Below, in pieces: positions 30,252 through 40,587 of a stretch of 64,000 nt of DNA. The position numbers and the translations under genes are program-made. Position 1 is the stretch's first letter. The number at the start of each line of letters is the position of its first letter. Location: NCBI GenBank assembly GCA_042408215.1, contig JAYFMW010000020.1:192001-256000 (forward strand), written 5' to 3'. This stretch comes from Microcoleus sp. GTDB lineage: Bacteria > Cyanobacteriota > Cyanobacteriia > Cyanobacteriales > Microcoleaceae. The notes beneath the pieces were generated by a model, which saw only the letters and a program-made list of their open reading frames with translations, had not been told where the DNA came from and did not search any database.

Positions 30252-31142
30252 TTAGCTCACCGGATCGATTCCTGCCAAATCCAAAATTTGAGGAATTAAA
30301 TCTTCTCGCTTCACAGCCATCATGTGAACTCCTTGACAAATCTGCCGCGCTAGTTTAACTTGTTCTGCCGCAATTTTTATGCCTTCCTGCAAGGGTTCTG
30401 GAGCTTTTGCCAAACGATCGATCGTCTCTTGTGGTATGTGAACTCCCGGCACATATTTTTTGATAAATTCAGCATTTTTAGCTGATTTAAACAGAAAGAT
30501 TCCTGCTAAAATGGGTTTGTTGCAACCAGCGGCAATCTGGTGCATAAACTTATCTAAAAGTTCAAAATCTGTAATTAATTGACTTTGAAAAAACTGTGCT
30601 CCTGCTTCTATTTTTTTCTCAAATCGACTTTGCAAACCTGACCAACTGGGGGATTGCGGGTCAACAGCAGCACCGGCAAATAAATCGGTAAATCCGTCTG
30701 TTAAACGTTTGTCATTCCAGTCGGTGCCGCCGTTCATTTTTTGAATAGCTTGCAGCAGTCGCACGGCTTCAAAATCAAATACGCTTTTAGCTTTAGGATG
30801 ATCGCCAGCCTTGACTGGATCGCCTGTTAGTGCTAATACATTGCGAATGCCTAAAGCCTGTGCTCCCATGAGATCGGCTTGCAGGCCGATTTGATTGCGA
30901 TCGCGACAAGCAACTTGACAAATCGGCTCAATTCCGTGCTGTAATAAAATCGCCGAAACTGCTAGGGGGCACATTCGCAACACTGCGCGACTACCATCGG
31001 TGATATTAATCGCGTGAACTCGGTTTTTGAGCTGTTGAGCCATTGCCAGGGTGTGAGTCATATCACCACCTTTGGGGGGGGTCACTTCGGCGGTAATTAT
31101 AAATTCTCCGGGGGTGGTGCAAGCAGTGCGAAAACGATTCAT
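30252..31142 (-). CDS. metF: 5,10-methylenetetrahydrofolate reductase
   Basis: EVTPPKG, NITDGSRA, CRDRN, LTGDP, GAQFFQSQ, GVHMMA. Confidence 0.93.
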   Translation of the reverse strand: MNRFRTACTTPGEFIITAEVTPPKGGDMTHTLAMAQQLKNRVHAINITDGSRAVLRMCPLAVSAILLQHGIEPICQVACRDRNQIGLQADLMGAQALGIRNVLALTGDPVKAGDHPKAKSVFDFEAVRLLQAIQKMNGGTDWNDKRLTDGFTDLFAGAAVDPQSPSWSGLQSRFEKKIEAGAQFFQSQLITDFELLDKFMHQIAAGCNKPILAGIFLFKSAKNAEFIKKYVPGVHIPQETIDRLAKAPEPLQEGIKIAAEQVKLARQICQGVHMMAVKREDLIPQILDLAGIDPVS

Positions 31143-31275
31143 GATTGGTTGACAGTTGACAGTTGACTGTTGACAGTTGACAGTTGTTAGTTGGCAGTTG
31201 AGAGTTGACAGTTGTTTTGCTGCTGACTAATAACTAATGACTAATAACTAATGACTAATGACCAATGACTAATGA

Positions 31276-32286
31276 CTAATTAGGTAAAGAATAACCGAAA
31301 GCTGTTTTAACCTTAACCAACGTTTGGTTAGCAATAGCTTCTGCTTGTTCCTTTCCTCGACGCAATACCGACTCCAAGTATCCCCGATCGTCCATGATGT
31401 CTTTGTATTTATCCTGAATTGGTTTCAGGGCATTAATTGTCGTCTCTGTCAACAGGGGTTTAAAGTCTCCCCAACCCATATTTTCACACTCCGCTGCGAC
31501 TTCTTCCTTCGATTTGCCAGAAAGCAGCAGGTAAAGCGTCAGCAAATTTCTAGCTTCCGGGCGATCGCGATCGTCAAAGGTCAAGCCTCGCACGGCATCA
31601 GTTTTGCAACGCTTAATTTTTTTGGTAATTGTTTCTGGCGAATCCAATAAATTAATTCGACTCAGTTCGGAAGGGTCAGATTTAGACATTTTGCGAGTGC
31701 CATCTGTCAAACTCATCACTCTCGCGCCGTCAGTCCGAATTAACGGTTCTGGAAGTTTTAAAACTGGGTTTTCTGGTGTTCCAAATTGGTGATTCAATCT
31801 GTTTACCAGATCGCGGGTGAGCTCCAAATGCTGTTTTTGGTCTTCTCCTACTGGCACTTTATCGGCATCGTAAAGCAAGATATCTGCTGCCATCAATACG
31901 GGATAATTCAGTAAACCGGCGTTGACATTTTCTCCTTGTTTAACTGATTTTTCTTTAAACTGAATCATATCTTGGAGCCAGTTAATCGGGGTAATGCAGT
32001 TGAGCAGCCATGCTAGTTCTGTGTGGGCCGAGACGTGGGATTGCACGAAAATAGTAGAATATTCCAAATTGATGCCGCAAGCTAAATAGAGAGCGGCGAT
32101 GGTGTAGGTGTCAGAGGCTAGGGTTGCTGGATTGTGCGGTGCGGTAATTGCGTGCAAATCGACTACGCAAAAGTAATTTTCGTACTGACTTTGACCTTCT
32201 ACCCAGTTGCGAATGGCACCGAGATAATTGCCAAGGTGCAGATTGCCTGTTGGCTGAACTCCTGAAAGAACGCGCTGTTTGCCCAT
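31276..32286 (-). CDS. trpS: Tryptophan--tRNA ligase
   Basis: SGVQPTGNLHLGNY, YPVLMAADIL, VPVGEDQKQH, KMSKS. Confidence 0.98.
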   Translation of the reverse strand: MGKQRVLSGVQPTGNLHLGNYLGAIRNWVEGQSQYENYFCVVDLHAITAPHNPATLASDTYTIAALYLACGINLEYSTIFVQSHVSAHTELAWLLNCITPINWLQDMIQFKEKSVKQGENVNAGLLNYPVLMAADILLYDADKVPVGEDQKQHLELTRDLVNRLNHQFGTPENPVLKLPEPLIRTDGARVMSLTDGTRKMSKSDPSELSRINLLDSPETITKKIKRCKTDAVRGLTFDDRDRPEARNLLTLYLLLSGKSKEEVAAECENMGWGDFKPLLTETTINALKPIQDKYKDIMDDRGYLESVLRRGKEQAEAIANQTLVKVKTAFGYSLPN

Positions 32287-32558
32287 GAGGAAAGAAGAGA
32301 ATTGAAGTCACATTTCTATATTGACACGTTATCTCGATCTAAGATGCTTTTTGTTGAAATTCATAAAAACATCGGGGAAGATGACTCGGCGGTTGAAACC
32401 GCGTCTACAAAAACGAACACTCGGCGGTTGAAACCGCGTCTACAGAAACAAAGTCCGCCTGCGCGGACTGAAGAATTAACGGGGTATTTAAGGTGGATTG
32501 TTTTTTAGAACTAGGTTTAAATCTCCGTCTTAAAAATCTCGCTGTCAACTGTCAACTG

Positions 32559-33962
32559 TCAACTGTTTTTCGGTTTAGTACGCAACCAAGTGATGCCGGC
32601 TGCGAAAAGGGCGATCGCAAAACTCAAGGCAAACGAAAATAGAAAGGGATGCCATTGCATTAACACTGGGATTTGATGGTTTTGGACTGTCTGGAATACT
32701 TTGTCTGTGCCGCTGGAGGCTGCGATGCCGCCGGCTGCTAAACCGACGCCGATCGCCTGTACTGTGCTCTCTAGGCGATCGTCCCGATTTTTCTCTGCTA
32801 TCTCGCTGCTGCGGAGTGCGATTTGGTTGGTGCGATCGCTCCTGGCTTGTTCTATTTCTACTATGCCGCGAATTGAGGCGATCGCCTGGTCGATTAAGTT
32901 TGTGCCGTGTCGGAAATATCCTAAGTCTCCGGCAATTTGCGATCGCATATAAAGAGCGTTTTTTCTACTGAAGTTATTTAATATTGATAGTTCTTCCTCA
33001 TCGCTTTCAATCATAACACAGATTTTCTGCAAAATCTCACTGTAATTGTAAAGATTTAGGGCAATTGTATTGTCATAATCTTCGAGTTTCCGCAGCAGGC
33101 GAGTATAAGTTACTGCTTTGCTGAAGAGTTGCTTTAACTGTTCCTGAAATTCCTGCAATTGGGGGGGAGTTAATACAGTTCCTCTGGAAAATTGCTGCTG
33201 CAATATCTCCATATTTTTCTCAATGATACGGTATTCGCGATCGAGTTCGTGGTAAATCAGGCGGCTGTCTTGAAAAGCTTTGATAATTTTGTTGCGGTGA
33301 AATAGTAGGTTGAGTATTTCTTCCTGGCAAGTGTTAAAATCCTTATCGGTTTGTTTGTCGGCCAGCAGCCAGACAAGCAGGTGGCGGTAATTCGCAGTAT
33401 CGCTAATTGCACCGTATTCAAAAATCGGACTACCGAACAGTTTACTCGATCGGTAAAATACAGGTGGCGAGTCGCCTTGGAATAAAGCATCGCGACATTT
33501 ATCGGCGAGGGGTTTGAGGGAATCTAAATTATCTGGTGAGTTTTCGGGAAGCCATCCGGTAATCAGGAGAGTTTGACCTAAAAAATTGTCATCACCGTTG
33601 ATGAGTAAGACTTGATTTGGGTTGAATTGCTGGATTAGATTGACATCTACATTATCAGCAGTGCCGTCTTCCGGGCAACCTATATTTAAGCAGAAAGCAT
33701 AGCTGTCTTGAATTTGTAGCGGTTGGGCAAAACCTTCTATGGGTGGATTCCTGTTAAATTCGAGTACAACAGTTGACAGTAAATCCTCGCGGTAGCTGTG
33801 GGAATTTTGCGGGAAAACTAGATCGGGTGTCACCCTTTCGTCGGTGAAGTTGGCGAGGATTTTGTCGCAGTGTTTCCACAGAGGATTATTGCTGCCCTTA
33901 CTGTCATGTTGCAGTTGGAAAGCGTATAAATAGACATTGGGGGCAGAAATTTTGTCACTCAT
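32559..33962 (-). CDS. Hypothetical protein: soluble N-terminal domain, long coiled coil, two C-terminal TM segments
   Basis: Hydrophobic AIGVGLAAGGIAASS and FLFSFALSFAIALFAAGITW after a long helical region. Confidence 0.8.
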   Translation of the reverse strand: MSDKISAPNVYLYAFQLQHDSKGSNNPLWKHCDKILANFTDERVTPDLVFPQNSHSYREDLLSTVVLEFNRNPPIEGFAQPLQIQDSYAFCLNIGCPEDGTADNVDVNLIQQFNPNQVLLINGDDNFLGQTLLITGWLPENSPDNLDSLKPLADKCRDALFQGDSPPVFYRSSKLFGSPIFEYGAISDTANYRHLLVWLLADKQTDKDFNTCQEEILNLLFHRNKIIKAFQDSRLIYHELDREYRIIEKNMEILQQQFSRGTVLTPPQLQEFQEQLKQLFSKAVTYTRLLRKLEDYDNTIALNLYNYSEILQKICVMIESDEEELSILNNFSRKNALYMRSQIAGDLGYFRHGTNLIDQAIASIRGIVEIEQARSDRTNQIALRSSEIAEKNRDDRLESTVQAIGVGLAAGGIAASSGTDKVFQTVQNHQIPVLMQWHPFLFSFALSFAIALFAAGITWLRTKPKNS

Positions 33963-33978
33963 GTTATTGGGGCGGTGG

Positions 33979-34296
33979 CTATGAATTGGGGCGGGGTTTT
34001 CTGAGGTTTTCGGGTAACTCTGGATAGCGGTTTGATAGTTTTGGTTCTTGTGCTTCTTTTTTGGTGGCTTCTGGTTTTAGTTTTCTCTCAAATTTATTGA
34101 TTTCATCTGTTATTTTAGGATAGTTTGCACACCAATCGCCAATGGCATCGGCTACTTCATTGTTGGATGAATCCGCCATCTGGGATATTGTATTGGTGAG
34201 ATTTGCTAAATCGTCAACCGCCCCGGCTTGTTCAAATACTTCGGGTTTAGTTTCAAAGACTGCTAGGAAACCGGAAATAAATTGTTCATCTGTCAT
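33979..34296 (-). CDS. Small hypothetical protein, 105 aa
   Basis: AAGGAG RBS; acidic helical N-terminus; basic/Pro tail; 16 nt upstream of the next gene. Confidence 0.75.
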   Translation of the reverse strand: MTDEQFISGFLAVFETKPEVFEQAGAVDDLANLTNTISQMADSSNNEVADAIGDWCANYPKITDEINKFERKLKPEATKKEAQEPKLSNRYPELPENLRKPRPNS

Positions 34297-34523
34297 TGCC
34301 TATTTCTCCTTTGATTATGTTGTAGTCAGCCGGGGCGGGTTTTTGGGATTTATGGTGTGGTTTCACAGACTGTCGCGAACCCGCCCCTACAGCAATTATA
34401 TCTATTTTGTGCGACATCACATCACCAATTTCAACAAATTTGTAGGGGCGGGTTCGCCGAGATTTATGAATCAAAACCAACCAACTAATAAACCCGCCCC
34501 CACCCATGCAAAAATCCTTTATC

Positions 34524-37445
34524 TTATTGCCCAACAGCACAGAAAGCCGCCCAGTATACGGGAGACTCATAAGGTTGATAATCCTGTTTGTAACCGCGCC
34601 TGTATTTGTCTTGAATTTTCTGTTTGTGTTCGGTACTCAGCAACTTCGACGCTTCCACCCATTCTAGCAAACCTTTGACAGTCACACTCCGCAGCCACAA
34701 CTGAGACTCCCGCAAAGCTACAGCAACAGCAGGCTGAGTTTCCCCACGAAAAAGTTCGTAAAATTTGATGGTTAAAATCGCAGTAGATACGTCATTGACA
34801 GCCCACAAAGTGCTGAGTATACTCGTCGCCCCAGCATAGAAAAAACCGCTAGTCAATCCGATATACTCATCTGTGGTATTCCTGGCATCGGTTAACCCAG
34901 TTTCGCAGGCAGAAAGGGCTACTAAACGGCACTTACTTAACTCCAAATCAAAGATTTCTTCCAGTGTCAAACATTCTACGATGTCGTAGGTTTCGCCTCG
35001 GCGGGAACGAATATAACGCTTTTCCTCGGAGGGAACCCCAGGCTGGGCGGGCACGGGGGCACCGCCCAGGGCTGTTTCATTCTCAGACAAATCATCGTTT
35101 TGTAGGGGTAGTGCCCCCGTGCCTACCCTCCCCTTCCACGATTTTGTATGCGTTTCAAAGACTGGGGCGGGCACGGGGGCACCGCCCCTACGAAGAGGGG
35201 GAGTTTCTTCTCCTGTCTCCCCCCTTACCAAGGGGGGATTAAGGGGGGTTACTTTTGCGCCGGCTAGGATTAATGCGGATTTTTCGGGATTGAGAAAGTC
35301 GAAGAAGCCGTGACAGGAAAAGTGGGCGATATCGGCATTTTGCAAGCTGGCAATTTGTTGTTGCAATCCTGCTTTGCTGGCGTTTTGCCGACTCAATATT
35401 TCGGCGGGATTGAATGATTTGGCAATTGCTTCGACTTCGATGTCGGTGAAGTCTAAATCTTCTGTGGGGTTTTGGATGGCAAAAAATTTGCTGGGTGATG
35501 TGTCTTCCGCCGTCAGATTTACCCGCTGAGATAATTGCAAAAGTTGGCAACTGGGAGTGTATCTCACGCCGCCTGGGAAAAGTTCGAGAAGACATCCAGT
35601 TTCTACGGTTTTGTCGGCTTTTTGTCGGCTGCTGGTGAGGGCGTGTAGGGGGAATAGGTGCAAGTATCGGAAGGGAACTAAGATTAATTTTTGGCAGTTT
35701 TCGGGGAGGCGAGAAATTATTTCGTCGATGTGCAGAATCTCGGCTAATTTTTCCAGGCGGCTGTCTAGTTGGTTTTTCCAGTTGTCATATTTTTCCTCGT
35801 CTTTGATGTCGTCGAGATATTCCTGTTGTAACTCTTCTAATGCTTGCAAGTCTTGAGAGGAAGATTGCCAGATATCCGGTTGAGGAGAGTCGCGGGTGAC
35901 AATGAAAACTTTAAAGCCGTTGTAGGTAATGTACCATTCTAAAATTGCTTCGTTTTCAGCTAGCAGGCTGCGAATTTCTGCAAAACTAATCCGCTGTACT
36001 TGGCTGGGGAGGCTGCGGGCTTTGTGAAACAATTCTACTAGGTTTCGGGTTTTGCTACGTTCGACGTATTCTAGGGCGGCAGTGGAGTTTTCCATTTGTA
36101 GGCAAACTTCTACCATTGACTGATAAAGTTTATTCCATTCTTCAGCCAATTTCTGTCTGTCTGCTTCGCCGCCGATAATGATTTCACTCCGCATTGATTC
36201 GACTGTCTCGATGGCAGAGTTAAAGGTATTGTAGGCTTCTGGGAGTTGGGAATTTTCCTGGTAGGCAACTCCGAGATTATATAAGGTTCTAGCATTCTCT
36301 ATAGGAAATGCGTCGCGGGTGCGAACTTCCAAGGATGCCTCAAAAGCTGCGATCGCCAATTCCAGATTCTCGGCTTTTTCCCCTCTGATTCTGTAGAGGT
36401 AGGCCATCCCCAAATTATTTTGACTCCTTGCCCAGTCTTCGGGAAATGCGTCGCGGGTGTAAACTTCCAAGGATGCCTCACAAGCTGCGATCGCCAATTC
36501 CAGATTCTCGGCTTTTTCCCCTCTGATTCTGTAGAGGTACGCACTCGCCAAATTATTTTGACTCCTTGCCCAGTCAAAGGGAAATGCGTCGGGGGTGTAA
36601 ACTTCCAAGGATGCCTCACAAGCTGCGATCGCCAATTCCAGATTCTCGGCTTTTTCCCCTCTGATTCTGTTGTGGTACGCACTCGCCAAATTATTTTGAC
36701 TCCTTGCCCATTCAAAGGGAAATGCGTCGCGGGTGTAAACTTCCAAGGATGCCTCACAAGCTGCGATCGCCAATTCCAGATTCTCGGCTTTTTCCCCTCT
36801 GATTCTGTTTTGGTAGGCACCCGCCAAATTATTTTGACACGTTGCCCATTCAAAGGGAAATGCGTCGCGGGTGTAAACTTCCAAGGATGCCTCACAAGCT
36901 GCGATCGCCAATTCCAGATTCTCGGCTTTTTCCCCTCTGATTCTGTAGAGGTAAGCCATCGCCAAATTATTTTGACTCCTTGCCCATTCAAAGGGAAATG
37001 CGTCGCGGGTGTAAACTTCCAAGGATGCCTCAAAAGCTGCGATCGCCAATTCCAGATTCTGGGCTTTTTCCCCTCTGATTCTGTCTTGGTATGCAGTCGC
37101 CAGACTGTTTTGAAACTTTGCCCACTTTTCCGAGTAAGCTTCGCGGGTGACAACAGTTAATCCTATCTCCAGACAAGCAATAGCCACCTCTAAATTACTT
37201 GCCCGACTACCTTGCCGAAGATTTTTAAAACTAATATTCAAACCGTAGAAAAAATTAGCACCATTGTATGCTTCTTCTGCATCCAAGGTTGGCATAATTT
37301 CAGTTGCCCACTCTCGCAAATATTGGGCAAAACCATCATCTATTAATTCTAGGTTAGCTTGCAGAATATCGATTTCTTCCTCGCTGGTACAGGTGATGAG
37401 AGATTCAATCAGATTTTGATAGGCTTGGCGGCGCGCTTCGTTCAT
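34524..37445 (-). CDS. TPR-repeat plus CHAT (caspase-like) protease
   Basis: Six 46-aa TPR-like repeats; catalytic HFSCHG and LSACETG; STLWAV.D; YWAAF. Confidence 0.93.
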   Translation of the reverse strand: MNEARRQAYQNLIESLITCTSEEEIDILQANLELIDDGFAQYLREWATEIMPTLDAEEAYNGANFFYGLNISFKNLRQGSRASNLEVAIACLEIGLTVVTREAYSEKWAKFQNSLATAYQDRIRGEKAQNLELAIAAFEASLEVYTRDAFPFEWARSQNNLAMAYLYRIRGEKAENLELAIAACEASLEVYTRDAFPFEWATCQNNLAGAYQNRIRGEKAENLELAIAACEASLEVYTRDAFPFEWARSQNNLASAYHNRIRGEKAENLELAIAACEASLEVYTPDAFPFDWARSQNNLASAYLYRIRGEKAENLELAIAACEASLEVYTRDAFPEDWARSQNNLGMAYLYRIRGEKAENLELAIAAFEASLEVRTRDAFPIENARTLYNLGVAYQENSQLPEAYNTFNSAIETVESMRSEIIIGGEADRQKLAEEWNKLYQSMVEVCLQMENSTAALEYVERSKTRNLVELFHKARSLPSQVQRISFAEIRSLLAENEAILEWYITYNGFKVFIVTRDSPQPDIWQSSSQDLQALEELQQEYLDDIKDEEKYDNWKNQLDSRLEKLAEILHIDEIISRLPENCQKLILVPFRYLHLFPLHALTSSRQKADKTVETGCLLELFPGGVRYTPSCQLLQLSQRVNLTAEDTSPSKFFAIQNPTEDLDFTDIEVEAIAKSFNPAEILSRQNASKAGLQQQIASLQNADIAHFSCHGFFDFLNPEKSALILAGAKVTPLNPPLVRGETGEETPPLRRGGAPVPAPVFETHTKSWKGRVGTGALPLQNDDLSENETALGGAPVPAQPGVPSEEKRYIRSRRGETYDIVECLTLEEIFDLELSKCRLVALSACETGLTDARNTTDEYIGLTSGFFYAGATSILSTLWAVNDVSTAILTIKFYELFRGETQPAVAVALRESQLWLRSVTVKGLLEWVEASKLLSTEHKQKIQDKYRRGYKQDYQPYESPVYWAAFCAVGQ
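36304..37131 (-). repeat. Six near-identical 138-bp intragenic tandem repeats
   Basis: GGAAATGCGTC recurs at 36304, 36442, 36580, 36718, 36856 and 36994; each unit holds a HIP1 site. Confidence 0.95.
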
Positions 37446-37690
37446 TGCTTACAACCCATGTTTTTATAATTTTACATTCTTTGTCGGGGAAAAACAAGGG
37501 GAAAACCCGACTTGCTGAATCGTCTGGAGTCGTTGGAGTGTGCGTCATAAGCTGCTACGCCACTATGTCGTATAATATAGAAACAAGATAAGTAAGCGAT
37601 CGCAATAATGAATCTATTCGGAATGGGCCCGGTCTCATTCAAACAAATCTCGATGATTTGCGATCGGGCAAAAAACAAGAGGAAACTAAA

Positions 37691-37942
37691 ATGATTTCAC
37701 AAACTTTAGTAGAAATTGAACGTTCTATTAGTTCCCTGTCGATAGAAGAACAACTTTGGCTGCTGGAACGTATCGCTTGCCGAGTGCGGGAGAAAACTTA
37801 CATAGCTAATAAACTCGCTAATGCTAAATACCTGGAAGCAGAGATAGCAGAGATGGCCAACGATCCAGAGATTCAAGTTGAGATTGCTGCGATCTATCGA
37901 GAGTTTATTGTGGCAGAAATGGATGGTTTAGAAGCACTATGA
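37691..37942 (+). CDS. Putative antitoxin of a MazF pair
   Basis: LSIEEQLWLLE..EMANDPEIQ.E; ATGA overlap with the toxin. Confidence 0.75.
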   Translation: MISQTLVEIERSISSLSIEEQLWLLERIACRVREKTYIANKLANAKYLEAEIAEMANDPEIQVEIAAIYREFIVAEMDGLEAL

Positions 37943-38286
37943 GCATTCAGCGAGGGAAAATTTATTTTGTCAATCTTAACCCAGTGCATGGAAGAGAACA
38001 AGCTGGAATGCGACCTGTTTTGGTGCTTTCCATTGATACTATTAACCAGTCACCCTTAGTTGTTACTGTCATTGTCGGCACTAAAGGAACTAATATTCAC
38101 CGCGACTATAGAACCAATGTGCGTGTTTCTGCATCTGAAAGTGGCTTGCAAATAGAAACAGTTTTCCTCTGTTTTCAGATTCGATCTTTGGATAAAGAGC
38201 GATTTCCTACGGATTCAGCAGGGGAACTTTCCGCAGAAAAAATGTTAGAAGTTGAATCGGCGGTTCGTTACTGTTTTGGTTTATAA
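37939..38286 (+). CDS. PemK/MazF family toxin
   Basis: RGKIYFVNLNPVHGREQAGMRPVLVLS..QIRSLDKER. Confidence 0.92.
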   Translation: MSIQRGKIYFVNLNPVHGREQAGMRPVLVLSIDTINQSPLVVTVIVGTKGTNIHRDYRTNVRVSASESGLQIETVFLCFQIRSLDKERFPTDSAGELSAEKMLEVESAVRYCFGL

Positions 38287-38337
38287 AAATTTGGAGTGTT
38301 TAATTGATATTAGCGATATTTAGTTAAAATTTGGAGT

Positions 38338-38799
38338 TTATCGTTGATTTTCATAATCTCTGAAAGCTGCTGCGAGTTCGGGGCTAGAAAGTGCGATCGC
38401 GCTTTCGTGCCATTCATGAATTACAATCTCGATCGCACTCCACGCCCCAGGTTCCGATTCCGCAAGTCGGTAAGCTGTTTCTAATTCAGCAATCAATTCG
38501 CACAATTCATCTGAGTCAAATACTTTCAGCCACCCATAGGGATGTTCTGAACTAATTGATTCTCCCAGACGCAGGCGGTAAGCAGCCGCCATCACTTCAA
38601 ATACTGTTAAAGAAACAGTTGCAGCTTTTACCCACAGCGCCATCTCCTCGCGCCGCAGCAAAGCAAAATGTTGGTCGTTGCGAGTAATGGTAACAGGGTG
38701 TTCCATCGCTAAATCGAGAACTCGCCCCGGTTGTTGGTTCAATTCGGTTGCGGTGATTAATTCATCGCCGTAAACAAGGCGCGAAGATTCATTTAGCAT
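38338..38799 (-). CDS. Phd/YefM-like antitoxin-domain protein
   Basis: TATELNQQPGRVLD..PVTITRN at the N-terminus; PYGWL..EWHESA. Confidence 0.65.
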   Translation of the reverse strand: MLNESSRLVYGDELITATELNQQPGRVLDLAMEHPVTITRNDQHFALLRREEMALWVKAATVSLTVFEVMAAAYRLRLGESISSEHPYGWLKVFDSDELCELIAELETAYRLAESEPGAWSAIEIVIHEWHESAIALSSPELAAAFRDYENQR

Positions 38800-39003
38800 A
38801 GTTTTTGCGCGTACCCGTGATTCGGAATGCTTGTCAATCTCTGTACTGATTATAGACGTAATTAGACTCGGCGGTTAAAACCGCGTCTACATAAACAAAG
38901 ATTAGACTCGGCGGTTGAAACCGCGTCTACACAAACAAAACCCGCCTTCGCGGGTTGAAGAGTGTGCGGTTTAAACCGCCGGATCAAAATAGCTAATGAC
39001 TAA

Positions 39004-40119
39004 TTACCAATCTGTCAGTAACCTTGCTTTCCGTAAAACAAATGTCAACACTGTTTCTTGACCGGTAATAATATCGGCTCTTCCGTCCATTCCCGATTGA
39101 ATTGAGTATTGGCGCGTAACATTCGCCGGGGGGGCTCCGAACAAGTTACTGCTAGGGGACTCGATTCTGGTTAAATAAGTTTGTTCTGGCTTGATTGACA
39201 CTTCGTAATAAGCAGCACCTAAATTATTAGCGGGGTTTTGAGGGGCGATCGCATCTGGGGCGATTTCGCTGACAGTGCCTTTCAATGTGCCGTAGTCGGG
39301 GAAAGGTAGGGCGGAAATCCTGATTTGTACGGGTTGGCCGATTTGGATGCGGGCGATGTCTTGGGATGTGACTTTGGCTTTGATTACCAGGGGTACGTCG
39401 CTGGGGACGATTTGGGCGATCGCACTTCCTGCTTGCACGGTTTGACCGGGATTTCGCAACTCTAGTTTAAGAATTGTACCATCTGCTGGTGCGCGGATGA
39501 CGCTATTTTGAAGTTTGAAATCTATTTGAGTTAATTCTTTTTTCGATTGAATTAATTGTTGTTGAATGGACGATCGCTTCACGAGCAAAACCCGCCGACT
39601 TCTGCCTAGTCGTTCAGCTACGTCTGGCAGGAATGTTGCTAATTTTACCACAGCGGATTCGACTAATTCCTGTTGTGCGGAACTTTCACCTTGGGTAGTC
39701 TGAAATTGGGCGCTGGCTAAAATTTGATTTTCCAAATCGCGCAGTTGTCGGTTGATTTGATTTGCTGCTGTCTGAGACTGAGAGACAGTTTCTTGCAACT
39801 GCTTTTTTTGACTTCCCAAGCTGGAAGCGTCCACAACTGCGATCGCATCTCCGGCCTTCACTGGCTGATTCTCGCTCACCGCAATGCTTTCGACGGTTCC
39901 TTCTGTTGCAGCTTGTACGACGCGCACCTCTCCTGCGGGACGGACGATCGCGTCTGCTTTGACTATAGCGCTGTATTTGGTGACGCTAGCAAGGGCGATC
40001 GCACCCCCAAAGGTCGCCACCATCAAAATGCCCCCCAAAGTCGTCCAGCGGCTGACAGGGGGCAAAAACTGGTCGTTCTGAAGGGTTTCAGCGGGTGTGC
40101 GTTGGCGAATGGGAGACAT
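39004..40119 (-). CDS. HlyD-family membrane fusion protein (type I secretion)
   Basis: N-terminal TM, VRPAGEVRVVQ..G.V, IRAPADG, PFPDYGTLKGTV..I.PDA, GMDGRADI. Confidence 0.92.
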   Translation of the reverse strand: MSPIRQRTPAETLQNDQFLPPVSRWTTLGGILMVATFGGAIALASVTKYSAIVKADAIVRPAGEVRVVQAATEGTVESIAVSENQPVKAGDAIAVVDASSLGSQKKQLQETVSQSQTAANQINRQLRDLENQILASAQFQTTQGESSAQQELVESAVVKLATFLPDVAERLGRSRRVLLVKRSSIQQQLIQSKKELTQIDFKLQNSVIRAPADGTILKLELRNPGQTVQAGSAIAQIVPSDVPLVIKAKVTSQDIARIQIGQPVQIRISALPFPDYGTLKGTVSEIAPDAIAPQNPANNLGAAYYEVSIKPEQTYLTRIESPSSNLFGAPPANVTRQYSIQSGMDGRADIITGQETVLTFVLRKARLLTDW

Positions 40120-40587
40120 GGCGGCAAGGGGGTAAGGAGGAGTTCGGCAACAGATTCTGTAACGGATTTAAGGGATGGAAAGAAGGCAGAAGTAGATGCG
40201 GGCAATTAAGCGCAATGGTTTCAGTAATTAATAACGTCCGGTGGCACCTAGAAAGTTGCTTGAAAAATTTAAAATGGCGACAAATTCGGAGCTCTCTTAT
40301 TTCTTTTATCACATTTATTTTTAGCTTTCCCGATAGCGCGGATAGGTTTAGAAGTCTCAATCAAAATTCGCAGGGTACAGCTAAAAATCCGCACAGATTC
40401 CCAGGATTTGTTGGCCAACTTTGCTCGCATATCAGGACTGGTCAAAAAAACCGGGTTCTATTGTCCTTGTAAGTAAGTATTGAATATGTCACCTAGCCTT
40501 TGGCTTTCGCTAAATCTCTCCGATCAAGGGAGACGAAAAAGTCGTGGCTGCAAATTTTAAATTAATTACATTCCCAAGGAGTTCGTC

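Noticed and set aside
36304..37131. Diversity-generating retroelement target
   Set aside because: No reverse transcriptase or separate template repeat in the window, and the differences are not obviously adenine-specific.
36299..37160. Long alternative-frame and antisense ORFs (284 aa and 246 aa) over the TPR array
   Set aside because: A by-product of a stop-free 138-bp unit repeated in tandem.
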